Positions 13,641-28,880 of a stretch of 64,000 nt of DNA are shown here, piece by piece (position 1 is the first letter of the stretch; the number at the start of each line of letters is the position of its first letter). The position numbers were made by a program, and so were the translations under genes. The notes beneath the pieces are model-generated. The model was given only the letters and a program-made list of their open reading frames with translations. It was not told the origin of the DNA and did no database searches. Origin of the DNA: the human T2T-CHM13v2.0 reference genome, Homo sapiens; the NCBI RefSeq assembly GCF_009914755.1, contig NC_060942.1, one strand, 5' to 3'.

Positions 13641-14157
13641 ATAATTAGTAACAGGGTTCTTTGAGGATTGAATACCTATACAGTATGGGTTCTGCAAGGA
13701 GTGAATATCCATAGAGAAATATCTAAGATTCACCAATTTCCCCTTTCTTTTTACATATTGTTAAGAACACAATATCATTCAGCATTATCAGAATGATTCC
13801 TTCAGGGTTTCTCCTTGAATTATAACTGCAGGTGACTCAGCTGACTCATTCTATGATCTACAATCAGATCAAGATCACTCTTACAGATATTTTGTTTTGT
13901 AATATTATGAACCACGATTGCAGTGTTCTATGCTATCCCAAGAAAATGAAAGGAGTGCAAATGAAGTCGAGTTTTTTAGATCAGACATAATCAAGAAAAA
14001 TTTTAGTTAAGCCACACTCTTTTATCATCAGAAAAAGTTAGAGAAAGTGTGTAGTTTTGTGTTGTGAAAGTATATATGAGGTATATTGCTTAATGTTCAA
14101 ATATGTAAAACGTTCAAATATAATGATCAAGGAATAAATATGTTATTTATATGTAGA

Positions 14158-14159
<2 letters not shown>

Positions 14160-14188
<29 letters not shown>
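14160..14188. repeat. (TAAA)n microsatellite
   Basis: Read directly. Confidence 0.9.
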
Positions 14189-15399
14189 ACATGGCTCTGT
14201 GATTCATCTTTTCATTAAGAACCTGTTTCAAATCCAAATCGTCTATTGCTGCTAGATGACTTGGAATTTGCTATTTTCTACTCATCAAATAACCAAATTA
14301 TTCATTTTAAATGGCATTAATAACAACATTAGCCTTTATTAAATAATTTTAAGAGTTGGATGACTGTATATATTAATAAATGTACATTGATACATGTTCT
14401 AGACATTTTAAATATCTCTATTGGAATTTTTACATATGGATTAAACAGAGCTTGAAAATATTGGTAATAAATTACCTAACAGAAAACTAGTTCTGATAAT
14501 TGGTCCTCTTATTACACTAATCCTAGGAGCAATATTTTATGGGCCTAGGATTCTTGTAGCTTCCCGTTAGTAAACTTACTGCTTAATAACAATCTTCTGC
14601 TTTGAGAGTCTTGGCAAGATGTTTCGATATCTGTTTATGAAAAATTAAACATTTTTGACAAGTTAGAATAATGTTCTATCATTATTTTTAGTACTAACAA
14701 ACAATTTACTTTTTCCTAATTTTTAAAAACTCTTTTTTGTCATTTGTATATATTATTATTATATATTTTCAGAAATCATGCCTGTTTGTACTCTCCACAG
14801 ACATGTTCTGTGTGAAATGTGTCTCTCTGGATTCATTATACATATAATTAATTGACTTCACCTTCCCAAACTAACAATTCTACCTCAATATAATTCCCTC
14901 TTGTGGGTCATCCTCATTTGACCACCACAATGACTCCTAAGATTTTTTAAAACATCTTTTGCATATATATCAAGTGAGGGCAGCTTAGTTTTCAAAATTC
15001 ACGGCAGCTGCTTGCTTCAAAGTGCTGTGCAATCTAAGAGAAAGTAAAAATAAAACATACTAGCTCTATTCTTCTAAATGGGAATAATTTGCATAGTTTA
15101 AGAAGATCCTATGGATCACAATAGATTTTCCATATTTTAAGTTTTAAAAATATCCATGTTATATCTTGGAACTTTTAAAAGCTCTTACCAATAACTGCTT
15201 TCTTAATTTTTTTTCTAAGAACTTCTCTAGCTTTGTTTATAACCTCTTTTCTGAAATTATTATATTTTACAGATACTTAACTTTGTTTTATTAACATAAA
15301 ATGAATACATGAATCATTTATGGCAAAGAGTGAAACTATACAAATTTTTTAAAAGTAAAACTTTTTGTCTTTCTCTCAATGTGTAGTGATTTGTTTTTT

Positions 15400-16420
15400 A
15401 AAAATTCTTAGGTGTTTCATTTTTAAGTGTTTAGTTTTTTTCCTCACATATTTATGTATATCTGTCTACCTAGTTTATTTTCACTTACGCAAATGGGATC
15501 ATACTATACATGTTGTCTGTAATGCACTTGTTCCAACTAATAATATTTATTTGTTTTCTCTTTCATAACACAAAAATATAGTGCATTCTTGTTGCATAGT
15601 GTTTTATAGTTTGGAAATAGCAAAAAAAATCTATTCATCTATTGATAAACATCGTATCCATTTCTAGTTTTTGCTGTTATTATAATGCTTTTGCTTATAC
15701 TTGTACAAAATCTTTGTGTTCAGACACTGGCTTTCCTGTAGAATATATTAATAAAACTGAAATTGCTATATCAAATGGTATATTACTTTCTCAAAAGCAT
15801 CAAACATGGCTAAAACTAATTTTAGACAAATAAGAATATGAATGCACCTTCTTTCCCAAACTTATGGCATTGATTTTTTTGGTCTCAGTTTATATTTTGA
15901 AAATATGATTATATTTTTTAAGATTTTATTCACATATATTTTAGTATATTTTGGCATCTTCTATACTTCTATTGATTATTTGTATTTCTTGCATTAATTC
16001 CCTGCTTACATAATTTGCCATTTAAAAAATGGATTGTTTGTGTCCTTATTAATTTGCATACATTCTTCATATATCCTGTAAATTAATTTTATGTTACACA
16101 TATGACAAAAATGTGCAACAGCCTTAATGCATTTATTTAATGTATGTTGTCTTCTTCACATTAAAAAAATTATTTCGATATTTGAATCTGTCAGTTTTGT
16201 GCTTTGTGGTTTCCACTTTAGACGGTGTCTAAAAAGCTGTCCCTAAAACAAACTTTCACAATGACTTAAAATGTCCCTTTTCTATATGCTACATTTCTAA
16301 ATGTATGATGTGTTCCTCTTTTTCTTGGCTCTCTGTTCTCTAATAGTTTATTTGCTGATTCTTGTCCCAGTATAATGTAATATAAATAATGTTTGCTTAT
16401 AAATCTTTTGTTAAAGGCAA
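15400..16420 (-). mobile_element. Old L1 (L1ME-type) 3' fragment
   Basis: aaatgggatcatactatacatg; ctattgataaacatcgtatccatttctagtttttgctgttatt; ttgattatttgtatttctt are L1M antisense motifs. Confidence 0.65.
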
Positions 16421-17496
16421 AAATACAAACTTATAAATAGATGAGTGAGTAAAAGACTAAAAGGGTGCTCTATTCACATAAATCAAAAGATACAAAAGAA
16501 AAATGAATAATATTGATCCACAGATTTATTTACACTAGACCCCTAACTTACCAACATTAAGCTTTGAGAGAATGTAGATAAAACTTTTGTTTTCTGTCCT
16601 CTAAATTCTACCTTAATGGGTATAAAAATATTATAGAAGGAGGTAAGTACTATTAGAAAGAGGGTATACTTTTTAGATCTATGTGTAAAAATAGATAATT
16701 TTGTTGTTGTTGTTGTTGCTAGCAAGTCACTTTTTTTCCAATACTCTATTGCCTGGGAAATATTTGACTGTAAGTGAAATACTGGAACACCCCAATGGCT
16801 GTTTGAAGTGTACTTTTTGCTAATTTTATTAACAACAATTTCCATAATTTTTTTTTTTACTATTTATGTTGGCTTGACAGTGAGTTTCACTATTATTTGA
16901 TTAATTTTATTGTTAGGTTTTTTTTTAGTAATTATTTGGTTTTGCGGTAAGAAAAACAGAGAGAAGATACACTGAAATTCAAAACTGAAAACTATTAACA
17001 GAACAACTCCTAAAATTCTTCCCATACACAATTTTAAATTTCTGATCAAATAAAAACAAAATATGTGGAGAAAAGAGAAATACACAGTGAATCACATGGG
17101 TCAAAATAATGCAGACATTTTAATTAAAGTGTGGACTTTTGCATTTTCTGTTTGGTTTATTTAGGGCAGGAATGAGATTTAATGCTGTCCACAGAAACCA
17201 ATTAAATAAAATTGAATTATATTGTGTTCATGGTGCAAAAATGGATATAAAGATGAACTTTTTGTGTAAAATTGATGGGTGAAGTAGACATGTATGCCAT
17301 TAACAGTAAAAATGAAATCTCACCAGGAAGTAGGTATTAATACGCTACATGGAAAGGCTGGGAGATATGTTAAGTCTGATCAAAACTGATTAAGAATAAT
17401 GTGACTTTTCAATGGAACTTGATAAATATTTATTTCTTCTAGGCAAAAGGTAATTCAGACAGTTAAAACAAGCCATATCTATATTTTAATGAATCA

Positions 17497-17896
<400 letters not shown>

Positions 17897-19674
17897 TGCT
17901 GAAGTTGTTTTTTCATCTTTAAAAATTAACTTTGAGGGTTAATTTTGAAGATGAAGTTAATTTTGAAGATTTTGAAGATGAAAGAAAATATACACATCTT
18001 GGACAGGCTTTCCACACTACACGCTGCTCACTCTTGGGGTTCCTGGCATTTTTCTTCTCTCTTCTCTCCCTGACTGAGTCTTCAATTCCTTTGTGAAATT
18101 CCAGACGTAGGAATTAAAGATCTCCTTTGGCTGACTGCATTTTTTTATTGGTTGCTTTCCTTACTTTAATTATTTCTGTGACTTTCTCATGGTTCAGCCC
18201 ATTTAAATTTTCCCAACTTTCTCTGACAGATAGTAACTATTGCTCTCCAACAACCAAGTGGCAATGTCCTGGAGAAAAGGCTCTTCCCAAGTTTTCATTG
18301 TTCACAGGTTGATTGGACATATACGTGGGGGAATCACAGTTCCCTTCCTATATGTAGCCTTCCTACTTCCTTTTCCAGAAGGCCTCTGTAAGAGGGGAGT
18401 TGGTCACTGGAGAACAGAGGAATTACTGTGGATACTGTACTCATTGTAGAGAAAAAACAGAGCAAGTAGTTCAGGAATGTTCATGTAAATTTAGCTACTG
18501 CATGACCCTACAGGGTAATAAAGGATTCATGTTAAAATGGTACCACACCTTGATTGACCAAAAGACAATAAATACTTTAAAGTTGGTATCTATGTGGACA
18601 TATACATATCAAGAATTAGACAACAATTGCTGTCTGCATAGAATAAGTTGTGGAATGTGTCATTTTATATGTTCCAAATGAGAATTAGGCAAAAATCAAT
18701 ACAATAAGACAGCCAATTCGTCATTTAGTTTTCTCAGTGTCTTGAAAGGCAAAATCCTATGACTTTGGTTTCTGTCTCTTTAGTCTATCACCTCATGAAT
18801 ATTTCACAGTTCAGTCAAATCTTTCTAAATCTTATATGTGAAAATGTATATTCTGGTGTATTCCTAGAGATTAAAAACTTCAGATGAATTCAAACCTTTA
18901 GAAATTAATATTTACTATTCAAAACTATAAAGTTCCTTACAAGATGTATGTACAATATTAAAATGAGTTAACTAACATTTTCGATTTATAATATTTTTCT
19001 TTGTAATGTAAGGTAACATTTACAAAGTTTCAGGTAGATTAATGTTTTAAAAAACGAAACCCCATGAAAGTATTAAAATGAGACATAGATGAATGTTTTC
19101 GTCTATCTCTAATTATTTCTTTTTCCTGCTTATAACCTCGTAATTGCACATTTGGGTACTGTAATAAAAGGTTCAATCTCCAAGTGTGGCATAAAAGTCT
19201 CTTTACTTTTTCTAGTCACTATCTTTCTTTCCTCTTGTATTGATCTTTAAGATCTGCTCACCTGCACGCACTACTCAATTAAACATTCTTTCATATCTCT
19301 TTTGTAGAACTGATAGCACAGTATTTTAGTGATGTTTTTGCTTTCTGAACTCTTTAAAGTCAAAAGACATGCTTTTAATTTTTCTCCCAGAAATGCCTAA
19401 TAAATACTACATGTTTAATAAAGATTTGAAAATAAGTTCTCAAACAAAATCTTGGACAATACAGATTTTCAACAAAAACTCCAACTTGGCTATTATGCTG
19501 GTAGAGACAAAATATATTTTGGACAATCAGTGGGAAAATATTGAATATGATATAGTCTGCAGAGTTGGAGAATAGAATTCAAAATGAAGAAAAAAGTTTC
19601 CTGCATGCTAAAGTAAACAAAAGTACATACGAGGGTCAAAAATGATAATAAAAGTTATTATTTAAAGATCCCTT

Positions 19675-20552
19675 GTGTTATTCAGTCATTGGTTTATTGG
19701 GGAATGAGAAATGTTGTGGCTTTTCTTCCCCTAACGTGGATTTGATGGGGAAAGAATGCTCTTTGCATCCACACTGCCTCCTGTGACCTTGAAGGACATA
19801 GATACAAGTCTTGTCTTCATGCCCCTCATTGAATAAGGAAATTTGAAGAGGAAGCAGAATTACACAGTGGTATTACACAGACAGCCACATGACAGGCTAG
19901 GTCATCTCTTTTTTGGAAAGAAAATTAGGCACTAGAAAGGGTTTAGGGGATAAAACATGCTACAAAAGTGGCCCTCTATGAAGAAGTCGTCACTGAAAAC
20001 CTGCACCAGGGTGAAGTTGAAAATATCCCCAAGATAATCATGGATAAGGTGTACCGTGGGTCACCACATCAGCTCGGTACAGTAGCAGGAAGAACTACTG
20101 TTAGCCAGAGATGGACATGAGGCATCTCCACAATACGGACTAGAAATTCGTTATGCAAGATAACTGCAGCCTTCTCCTTTTCCCAACCCATTAGGGGAGT
20201 AAGAGTCTGTAGTCATCCTTCCACTCAAAGATAAGGGAGTTGAAAGGGGATTTAAGAAGCATGTTACCCTCACCTCTTCTTTCAATCATCAACGCAAACC
20301 CTGGACACTGATGTTGAGGACTTTTGGAGTATAGAAAGGGGTTCCGAATTGTATATAAAATCAACAGGAATGGGACACATTTCTTAAAACTTTTGGTTAA
20401 AAGTGATTAGAGGTTTGTGGACTCAACTTGAGAAATCATTAAAAAATAGAAAAGAAACATCCAACAAAACATGGGTGAACTAGTGAATGGGGAAAGAAAT
20501 GAACCTCATTTGTGGCACTACTGATTTCAGGATATTTGATAAACTAGTTACA
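19675..20552 (+). mobile_element. Ancient LTR-like element (possibly MamGyp/LTR85 type)
   Basis: GC-richer block with TG start and ttaca end; 3' end only loosely resembles mammalian Gypsy LTRs. Confidence 0.35.
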
Positions 20553-22048
20553 TTTATGAAATAATATCATCAATCTCTACATATGAGTTTTAGTTTCTAT
20601 TGAACTCGAGTTTGTGATGTTTAAGCTTTATTGGCCATTAGTTTGAATGTGAAAAAAATAAAGGTGCAAATTAACATTATGTGTTCAAATGGTAGACTAA
20701 AAAGTGTTTCGTTTAATCAAACTGTTACGCTCTGTGGGTTTCAACATGCTATACTCTCATTTGCATGCATCTCTTATTAACAATTTAAGCTTCATTTATC
20801 ATTTTTCTAGTCAGGCTCGAGACATTGATGATATATGATTAATTAATGTCCAATCAACAAGCATCTACTTTGTTCCTATTATAAGTTATAATAAGGATAA
20901 TTACATAGTAAGCCTTTTTTTTTCCTTTTTTTCCATAAAACACTTCTAAAAACCCAACTTATAAATCAGATAAAAGTAGATGAATGTGCTTTCATGGAAG
21001 AGAGGGGGGTGAGGCAAAAAGTCCATGTAGTCAGCCCCTTTCAACCCCTGCAGGCACTTCTACTACAGGGAAATATAGGGTATTGAACGTGTGTTTCCCC
21101 TGTAGGTTGTCCTGAAATTCCTCAAAAATGACGCAAAAGGGGAGATTGAAATAACAAAATAAAAGTAAAAACTTTCTGGACACCCAAAAGCAGGCGGATA
21201 ACTGATTAGATACCGTGGCAGTTATATGGAGGCAGAGGAATGCTCTCAGATAGAGGAAGAAGCAAGAGTGGGTTTAGAAAGAAGAATTTTCATTACCTTG
21301 TGAAAATTTGGAAATTCCTCAGCTCAGTACTTTTTGGGATAACAATCGATCTATTTCCTACACATCAAACAGAATATGACCCTCTCATTTTTAAAAGTAA
21401 GGATTATGCTTGATGAACCTCTGCTTTATTATAACATGACCCTGAATTTTATGTGATTGAAATTTTTGGACTCTTCTCCTTGCTCTGTGGTGAAGTATTT
21501 TCTCTATTTCTGTCTCTACTTCAATTTCTTTTTTCACCTCCATTGGAAGTCCACATTCTGTAAGGTTATTATAGAGAAATTGAGACACTTTTACATGGCT
21601 TCACTTCTCCTGAGACCCATTCAGATGACTGAGGATCAAATTCATATTTTGTGCCCTGCTTGGTATATCTTTGGGAGAAAAAGATTAATTTTTTAGGCCT
21701 TTAAGTGACTTATGACTATATTTGTTTGACAAGTATGAAGTTATTTATAATTAACTGTTGAAAACTGAGACATATTCATTTTGTATATCTAAACAATATG
21801 ACTTTATAGCCTTGCTCAAAATAAAATAATTTTCTGGCTTTGGCAACTTTTCCTCTGATATGTAAGACATGTCATTGTCCACAAACAACCTATTTGGGGT
21901 GACCAGAAAAATAAAAGTGATGATCATACAAATGTTGTATCTATCAACATCAAATATTAACTATAAAAAGCTAAATTTTGTGATACGAAAAGTTAGAGAG
22001 TAGAAAAGTGAATAATCATGTGATAGTTGTATAGTACAAAGCATGTAA

Positions 22049-22359
<311 letters not shown>

Positions 22360-22709
22360 AAACTAAATAAAATTAAGAAGGGAAAAATGGGAGTTGGAAA
22401 TCACTGAGGGTGATATTTTTATAAAGGTATAGTCTGAGTTGTTATTAAAGAAAAAATATTTTAGTTCAGAAGTTAGCAAAAATGAAAGAGAGAAACAGGG
22501 ATATGACATTAGAAATAATTTTATGGTACCATAAACATGTAAGAATGCATTTAGTTTAGCTTGTATATTTTGTCAGTTTACAAACTGGAAATCTTTATAA
22601 CAATTACTTTGAAAAGTTACCACTTGATTTATTTTTTTTTGTTCTTTAAAAATGGGAAGGAATTTGACCCATCATGACAAAGAATGCACGCTTATTTTTT
22701 GAAGGAAAC

Positions 22710-22940
22710 ATGAGCTAGAGTAAGCGTGTGATGTCTTAAGTCAGACCTACCAGAATTTAAGTAGTTGCCTCATACTCTGCTAGTTGCTTCTTTAGGGTAG
22801 GATCTTTTAACTCTTCTTAGCCTCAGTTACCTTTTCTTAAAAAGTAGTTGACAATATGCCATATAATTATTATAATGATTAAATGAAATAGTATTTTTAA
22901 AGTGCATGGTATATTACAGATGGACAATAAATATAATGTG
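22710..22940 (+). mobile_element. MIR
   Basis: ttaactcttcttagcctcagttaccttttcttaaaaa...tgattaaatgaaata...aaagtgcatggtata, MIR core. Confidence 0.65.
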
Positions 22941-24371
22941 TTTATTCTTTGTAATTATATATAACTAGTTAAAATTAATATCGTGTTTTAACTCAGGATG
23001 AAAAGAAGCTTATAAAAGTATAAATTACTGTGTCTTATGAGATATTCTTAAAAGTAACTAAAAAAAATCAGAAGGATGACTTCTCAAATCTGATTCAGAA
23101 TTATGACATTAAAAATCTTGAAGGTGTGTGTTAAAATCAGCCAAGATAAAATTATGATCTTGATCAACATGATGCTATGACTTCAGCATTTCCTTATGTT
23201 AGAAAATACTCATGCAAACTCTTTAAAAGTTGAATTATTTGATCTAAAATAGGATGACGATACTGAACAGACTGCCAGAGTACAACCATGAAACAAATAG
23301 AGTGACACAGTTTCTGAGACAGATACAATATTAAAGAGTAACAAAGAGAATTAAAAGATGTAGAAATAAAGCAAGAAGGCTTGTAGCTGTTTTAACTTAA
23401 TGTTCTGACTTTGGTCACTTTTCCTTAAAGCACACTTTAACAAATCACATAAATTCTCAGCTACCATGAGTGAGCAAGCTATTTCCCAATGTGCGTTTGT
23501 ATATCACTGGGGAAATATATAAATTGTTTTAGATCACTTTGGCACCAAAGAAGAAAGGCCTATCCCAGACCAATACACTATTTCAAGACACAGTACTCTC
23601 CTGTGGTATGTTTCAGCAAGCCAGTGTATTTCATCTATAATGGTCAGACATTAAACAAATGACAGTTAAGATCTATTGCCAAGAAGTCAGTGATATGCCA
23701 TTCTAAGTGAGTTTGCTGTTTACATTCAGATTATTCAACTGTGAACAGACCTTATATACAGAGTCTTAATGTAATAACGTAATAATGTATAACTTTTACC
23801 CATGACATGACAAGATTTATACAGCATCACAGTTCTTGCTGTAGAAAATAATTTTTTTCTGTGAAACAAATGCACTGGTTGTATAAGTAGAATTACTGTG
23901 CTGAATAATTTTTCAATTCTTTGCTATGCTGGATTTAATATATAATTACATAAATTCTAATCATTAGAAATGCAATCCAACACCTGGAATTTTTGCCATG
24001 TTAGAACCAATGAATATAAACTAAGCAGGGCAATATAAAATGCTTTTACTGTTATTAATATAATTTCCATGTTTGCATAATAAGGTTGAAATCAATAAAT
24101 AATACAGGAAAGTGAAAACATGATGTAATCATTGGCCACGAATAGAAAGTTAGGCTGCTTGGTCGTGCTAAACTGGAAGGCTGGGCTCCTAAAATCTCTT
24201 ACAATCCCTTTAGTCTTGCATTCATTTTCTCCTTTTGTTCTCAGGCGCTCACTAAAAATTTCTAGAGGGATTTCTGACTCTTTAAAATAAAGGGGAAAGA
24301 AATTGGCTGAGAACATTGTAGTTATCCTTTGATAGAGTTACCAAAGTTGCCAATACTCAGCTTAAAATTCA

Positions 24372-24939
<568 letters not shown>

Positions 24940-25249
24940 TTATTCCTAAAAGTGGGTGTCACAGTTTGAAAACCAGCACCAAATGAAGCTTGGATTACAG
25001 CGACTAGATGGAGTGCTCTGGGTTGGCAGAGAAAGAAGAATGAATAACAACCACAGAACACAAAGGGGTGAAGCTACAAGAATGGATGTTGTCACAGGTT
25101 TTTAGGCTGTACAACTTGGCACTCAACTTCAGAGAGGCTTCTATAAATGACTTTTGTCACAGAAGAAAGTGGAAGTCGCCATTGCCAGATCACAATGTTG
25201 CAGGGAGATTGTTATTTAAGACACTTTGAACCACAAAGACCTCCTAAGG

Positions 25250-27020
25250 GCCAGACACAAAGGAGATGAACTCGTGGAGCAGAAATATTTGCATTTAAGA
25301 TTTTAAATCAAGAAATCTGACCTACGTTTATTGAGACCAGGCTGCAAATAACTTATTATTATTCAGACAATAGCAGGTCAATTGAAAGATGAAAGTAACT
25401 TGCAAAACAGTGGAAAGAAATAAAAGAGAAAAAAATGAAAATGTCATAAATGTAATAGCTCTATTATAGCAGCCCCAAAACAAATAAAATCACCAATGGA
25501 AATATAGTAAACAGGCTGGAGGAGAATTTATAATTCATTAATTATTAAATAAAAATGTGAAAATAAGGAGAAATGGTAGATATGAAAGATGAATGAAAAA
25601 AATAATATGTATATTTTGTAAAAAAAGGATAGAAAGAGAATAAGAATAACAGACAAACTAATCTAAATTTTCTTGATATAAAGAAGATTTGGACTCTTGA
25701 TCAAAAAAGAAGGTAATGTCCAAGGAAAATTGATACAGACTGAGCAATAAGATATGACTGGTAATAACTGAACTCTGTAGATAATAAAAAAGATCTCCTG
25801 AATATTCAGTCAGAAAAATGAAATTACCTAAAATGTATGCAAAGTTTTATTCAAAGCAAAATGGATATGATAAGGTAAGCATCAGTATGATCTGGATAAA
25901 TCCTCTTGATAAAATAATCCTGGAACAATCTCTATAGAAGTCAAAGAAAGTGTGAGCCACTTATACACAATCGAGATTTAATTCAGATACCGCAGATTAT
26001 CAAGACAGTTTCTCAAATACACAAAACTCAGACTGTAGAACCCCTGTCTCATTCTTGAAAAAAAAAACTTGAGAAAAATAGTCCTATCAAACATGAGCTA
26101 AAGTTTGGTAATCAATGGTAAACAGGACAATTGGTGGTTTTTAAATTCACTTAATATAGTTAGAGAAGACAACAATAATCAAAGACAAAAACAAGAATGT
26201 GTGGAGAATACAAATAAATCAGTAATGCATAACACAAACATCTCAGTGTCAGACACATTATAGAAACTCAATATATATTTGTTAGATGAAAGGAAAATAA
26301 TATGTAACAAAAATGTGAAAGTATCAAGGCAGTGACACTGAAAAAAATAAGTATTCTCATTTACATATTTTTTAAAGCAAAAAGTAAATAATATGGAAAT
26401 ATGAATGTAAAAGAATTTCTGACTTAGCCATTCCACAATCCATATATATGTTAGCATAACATGTTAAATATGAAAAATATACAATTTTTATTTGTCAATT
26501 AAAATCTATAAAATAAATTTAAAAAGCCTAATAAAATTTATTTCACACAACTTGTAAAAATTAACAAAGAACACTTTATTGAAATACGAAAGAATACTCA
26601 GTGAATTCAACCGTTTAGTTTTTCATAATTTTATTTTATTACTATTTTTAATAATTATTGCTTTTTGTAAATAATACTGTGAATAAACACTTAACTGAGG
26701 TTCAAAATTTTTTATTCTTTGTGTTTCTGTTTCTTCTTTTAAAGTAATTAAAATTAGAAACAATATATTTAGTAAGTAGTATGTGTAGTGTGATCTCAAT
26801 TTTTGGTAAAATTATTTCTCTTCATTTTTTTATCTGCTTATATTTGTATCAAAACATGGAATGACATTTTCAAATGTTGGCTGTCGTGATTTCTGGGCAA
26901 GTGAGGGTAGAATGTTGGGTATTTTCACTCTTTTCCTTCTGCTTTTCTGCATGGCTTTTCTCATTAAAAAAAAAAACTCACTTTTTTTTAAAATTTGTGT
27001 TTTATGACAGAAATTGTTGT
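25250..27020 (+). mobile_element. HAL1/old L1M remnants, with a small L1MA 3' tail at ~26423-26505
   Basis: A-rich ORF1-like stretch (aaattttcttgatataaagaagattt...ggaaaattgatacagac); ttagccattccacaat...aatttttatttgtcaatt. Confidence 0.5.
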
Positions 27021-27656
27021 TCTTCAACATAAATAATTTTACAAATGTGTATTCCTTGATATATTTTAGCAGAAATATAATATTAAAACCTTAGCTAGAT
27101 AACAGTAAATCAATAAATTCTTCATGATTATCTTATGCTAGTTGGAAAATTAAAAATATAATCTGAATAATAATAAAAGGTTTATTTTCTTTAATTGTAT
27201 ATAATTATATGTAAAATATATATATATCTAATATATATATATACACACACACGTGTGAGTGTGTGTATATATGTATATCACCCAGTTTTCCACTTTGTTT
27301 GACATCAAGCAGGGAGTTGAGCAAAAATATAAACAACTAAAATGCTTCCAATAAAATGCTCTAAAGTTTGGATGCTTGACATTTTTCACCTTTTATCTGT
27401 ACGTTAATTAAAGTAATTTTATTGCTCTAACATAGAAATGAGTCATTTTGTTTTTTTTTATTTTCATAGTACCAAATATCTGTCTTTACTATGTATCGTA
27501 CTTTTTAACTAATTTTTTTAGTATCATTGGGACAATAGCTGATGTGTAGCTAAACATATGGTGGGCACTTATAAAGATACACAACTCATTTTGGGATTTG
27601 GGCATAAACATACAACATTTAATAATATATTCCCATATTTTGTACAGTAACATAAC

Positions 27657-28300
27657 CATGACGTCAGCAAATTTATTTTGTGAAGTGCAGTGGACTAGAT
27701 AGTGTCCTCCCAAAATTCATATCCTTCCTAGAACCTCAGAAGGTGACATTATTTGGAAATAGGTTTGTTGCAGATGTTATTAGTTAAGATACAGTAATAC
27801 CAGAGTAGGGTGCGTCCTTAATGCAATGTAACTGGTGTTCTTTCAGAGAGAAGAAAGGGTACACAGACAGGCATGCAGAATGTCGTGTCATGCCATCATA
27901 GGGGTTATATGCCTCCAAGCCAAAACACCAAGCATTGCTAGCAAACAGCAGGAGCTTACAAAAAGCCATGAAACACACTATTCCTCAGAGCCTTCCAGAA
28001 GGAATTAACCTACAAACACCTTGGTTTCAGACTTCCAGCGTCCAGAATAGTGAGAGAAAAAATCTCCATTGTTTTAAGCCATCTACATTGTGGTACTTTG
28101 TTATGGCAGCCATGGGAAACGAATGCAGTAAGTTATGGGCCTTTGTGCCATTTGGTCTCAGTCATAACTACTCAGTGCTAACTGTGTGGCTGTAAAGCAA
28201 CCTTAGACAATGTGAAAAGAAAACAGCTCTGTTCCAATAAAACTTTATTTACAGAAACAATCAGACCGACTTTGGCTCCATGGCTGTAGGTACACCATAT
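27657..28300 (+). mobile_element. MER58A (hAT-Charlie MITE) interrupted by an MLT1 LTR
   Basis: gtcagcaaatttattttgtgaag on the left; ggtctcagtcataactactcag...ctgttccaataaaactttatttacagaaaca on the right. Confidence 0.8.
27686..28127 (+). mobile_element. MaLR LTR (MLT1C-like)
   Basis: ctcccaaaattcatatcc...ttatttggaaatagg...cagacttccagcgtccagaa...ccattgttttaagcca...gtggtactttgttatggcagcc. Confidence 0.88.
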
Positions 28301-28304
28301 GCCA

Positions 28305-28410
28305 TTCCTCTTCCTCCCTTTTCCTCCATGTCACTCTCCTCCTTTTTCATCTCCTCCTCAGATGTCTCCTTGTTCCTCTTTCCGTTATCATCCCCCACCT
28401 TCCTGTTCTT
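28305..28410. repeat. CT-rich low-complexity tract
   Basis: Polypyrimidine (CCT/CTT) tract. Confidence 0.7.
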
Positions 28411-28699
28411 GCTATTCTTATTAGTATCATGGTCAGAATAACTATTCTGGCTCTGTACCTCCCCTAACAGGATTTTGGTATCTGATAGAGTGAGTATAAA
28501 ATCAAACATGATTATCCTAGAGAAAAATATACTTAAAAATTTTACTTCATTTTAAAGATTAAACTTTAGTTCCTCTTTTATTTCCGGAGTTTCAAATTAT
28601 TCAGCAGATGAATCATATATTTTCACAATCTAATCATGTTTGCTTCTTCTCAGGCCCCATTCTGAACAAATAATTGTTAATTTTTAGGACTTCTTCATG

Positions 28700-28880
28700 A
28701 AAAATCTACATTTATTAACTCATTTAATCTTTAGAACACCACAATCAGGGAATTAGTATTATTATCTTCATTTTGCCAATGGTGACACTGAGACCAAATA
28801 AGATTTATGTAACATGCTTAGTCAATGGTCCTTTGTGTTTGGCAGAACTAGTATTTGAATGACACTAGAATTCTTACTTT
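28700..28880 (-). mobile_element. MIR
   Basis: aactcatttaatctttag...tattattatcttcattttgccaatggtgacactgagacc. Confidence 0.7.
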
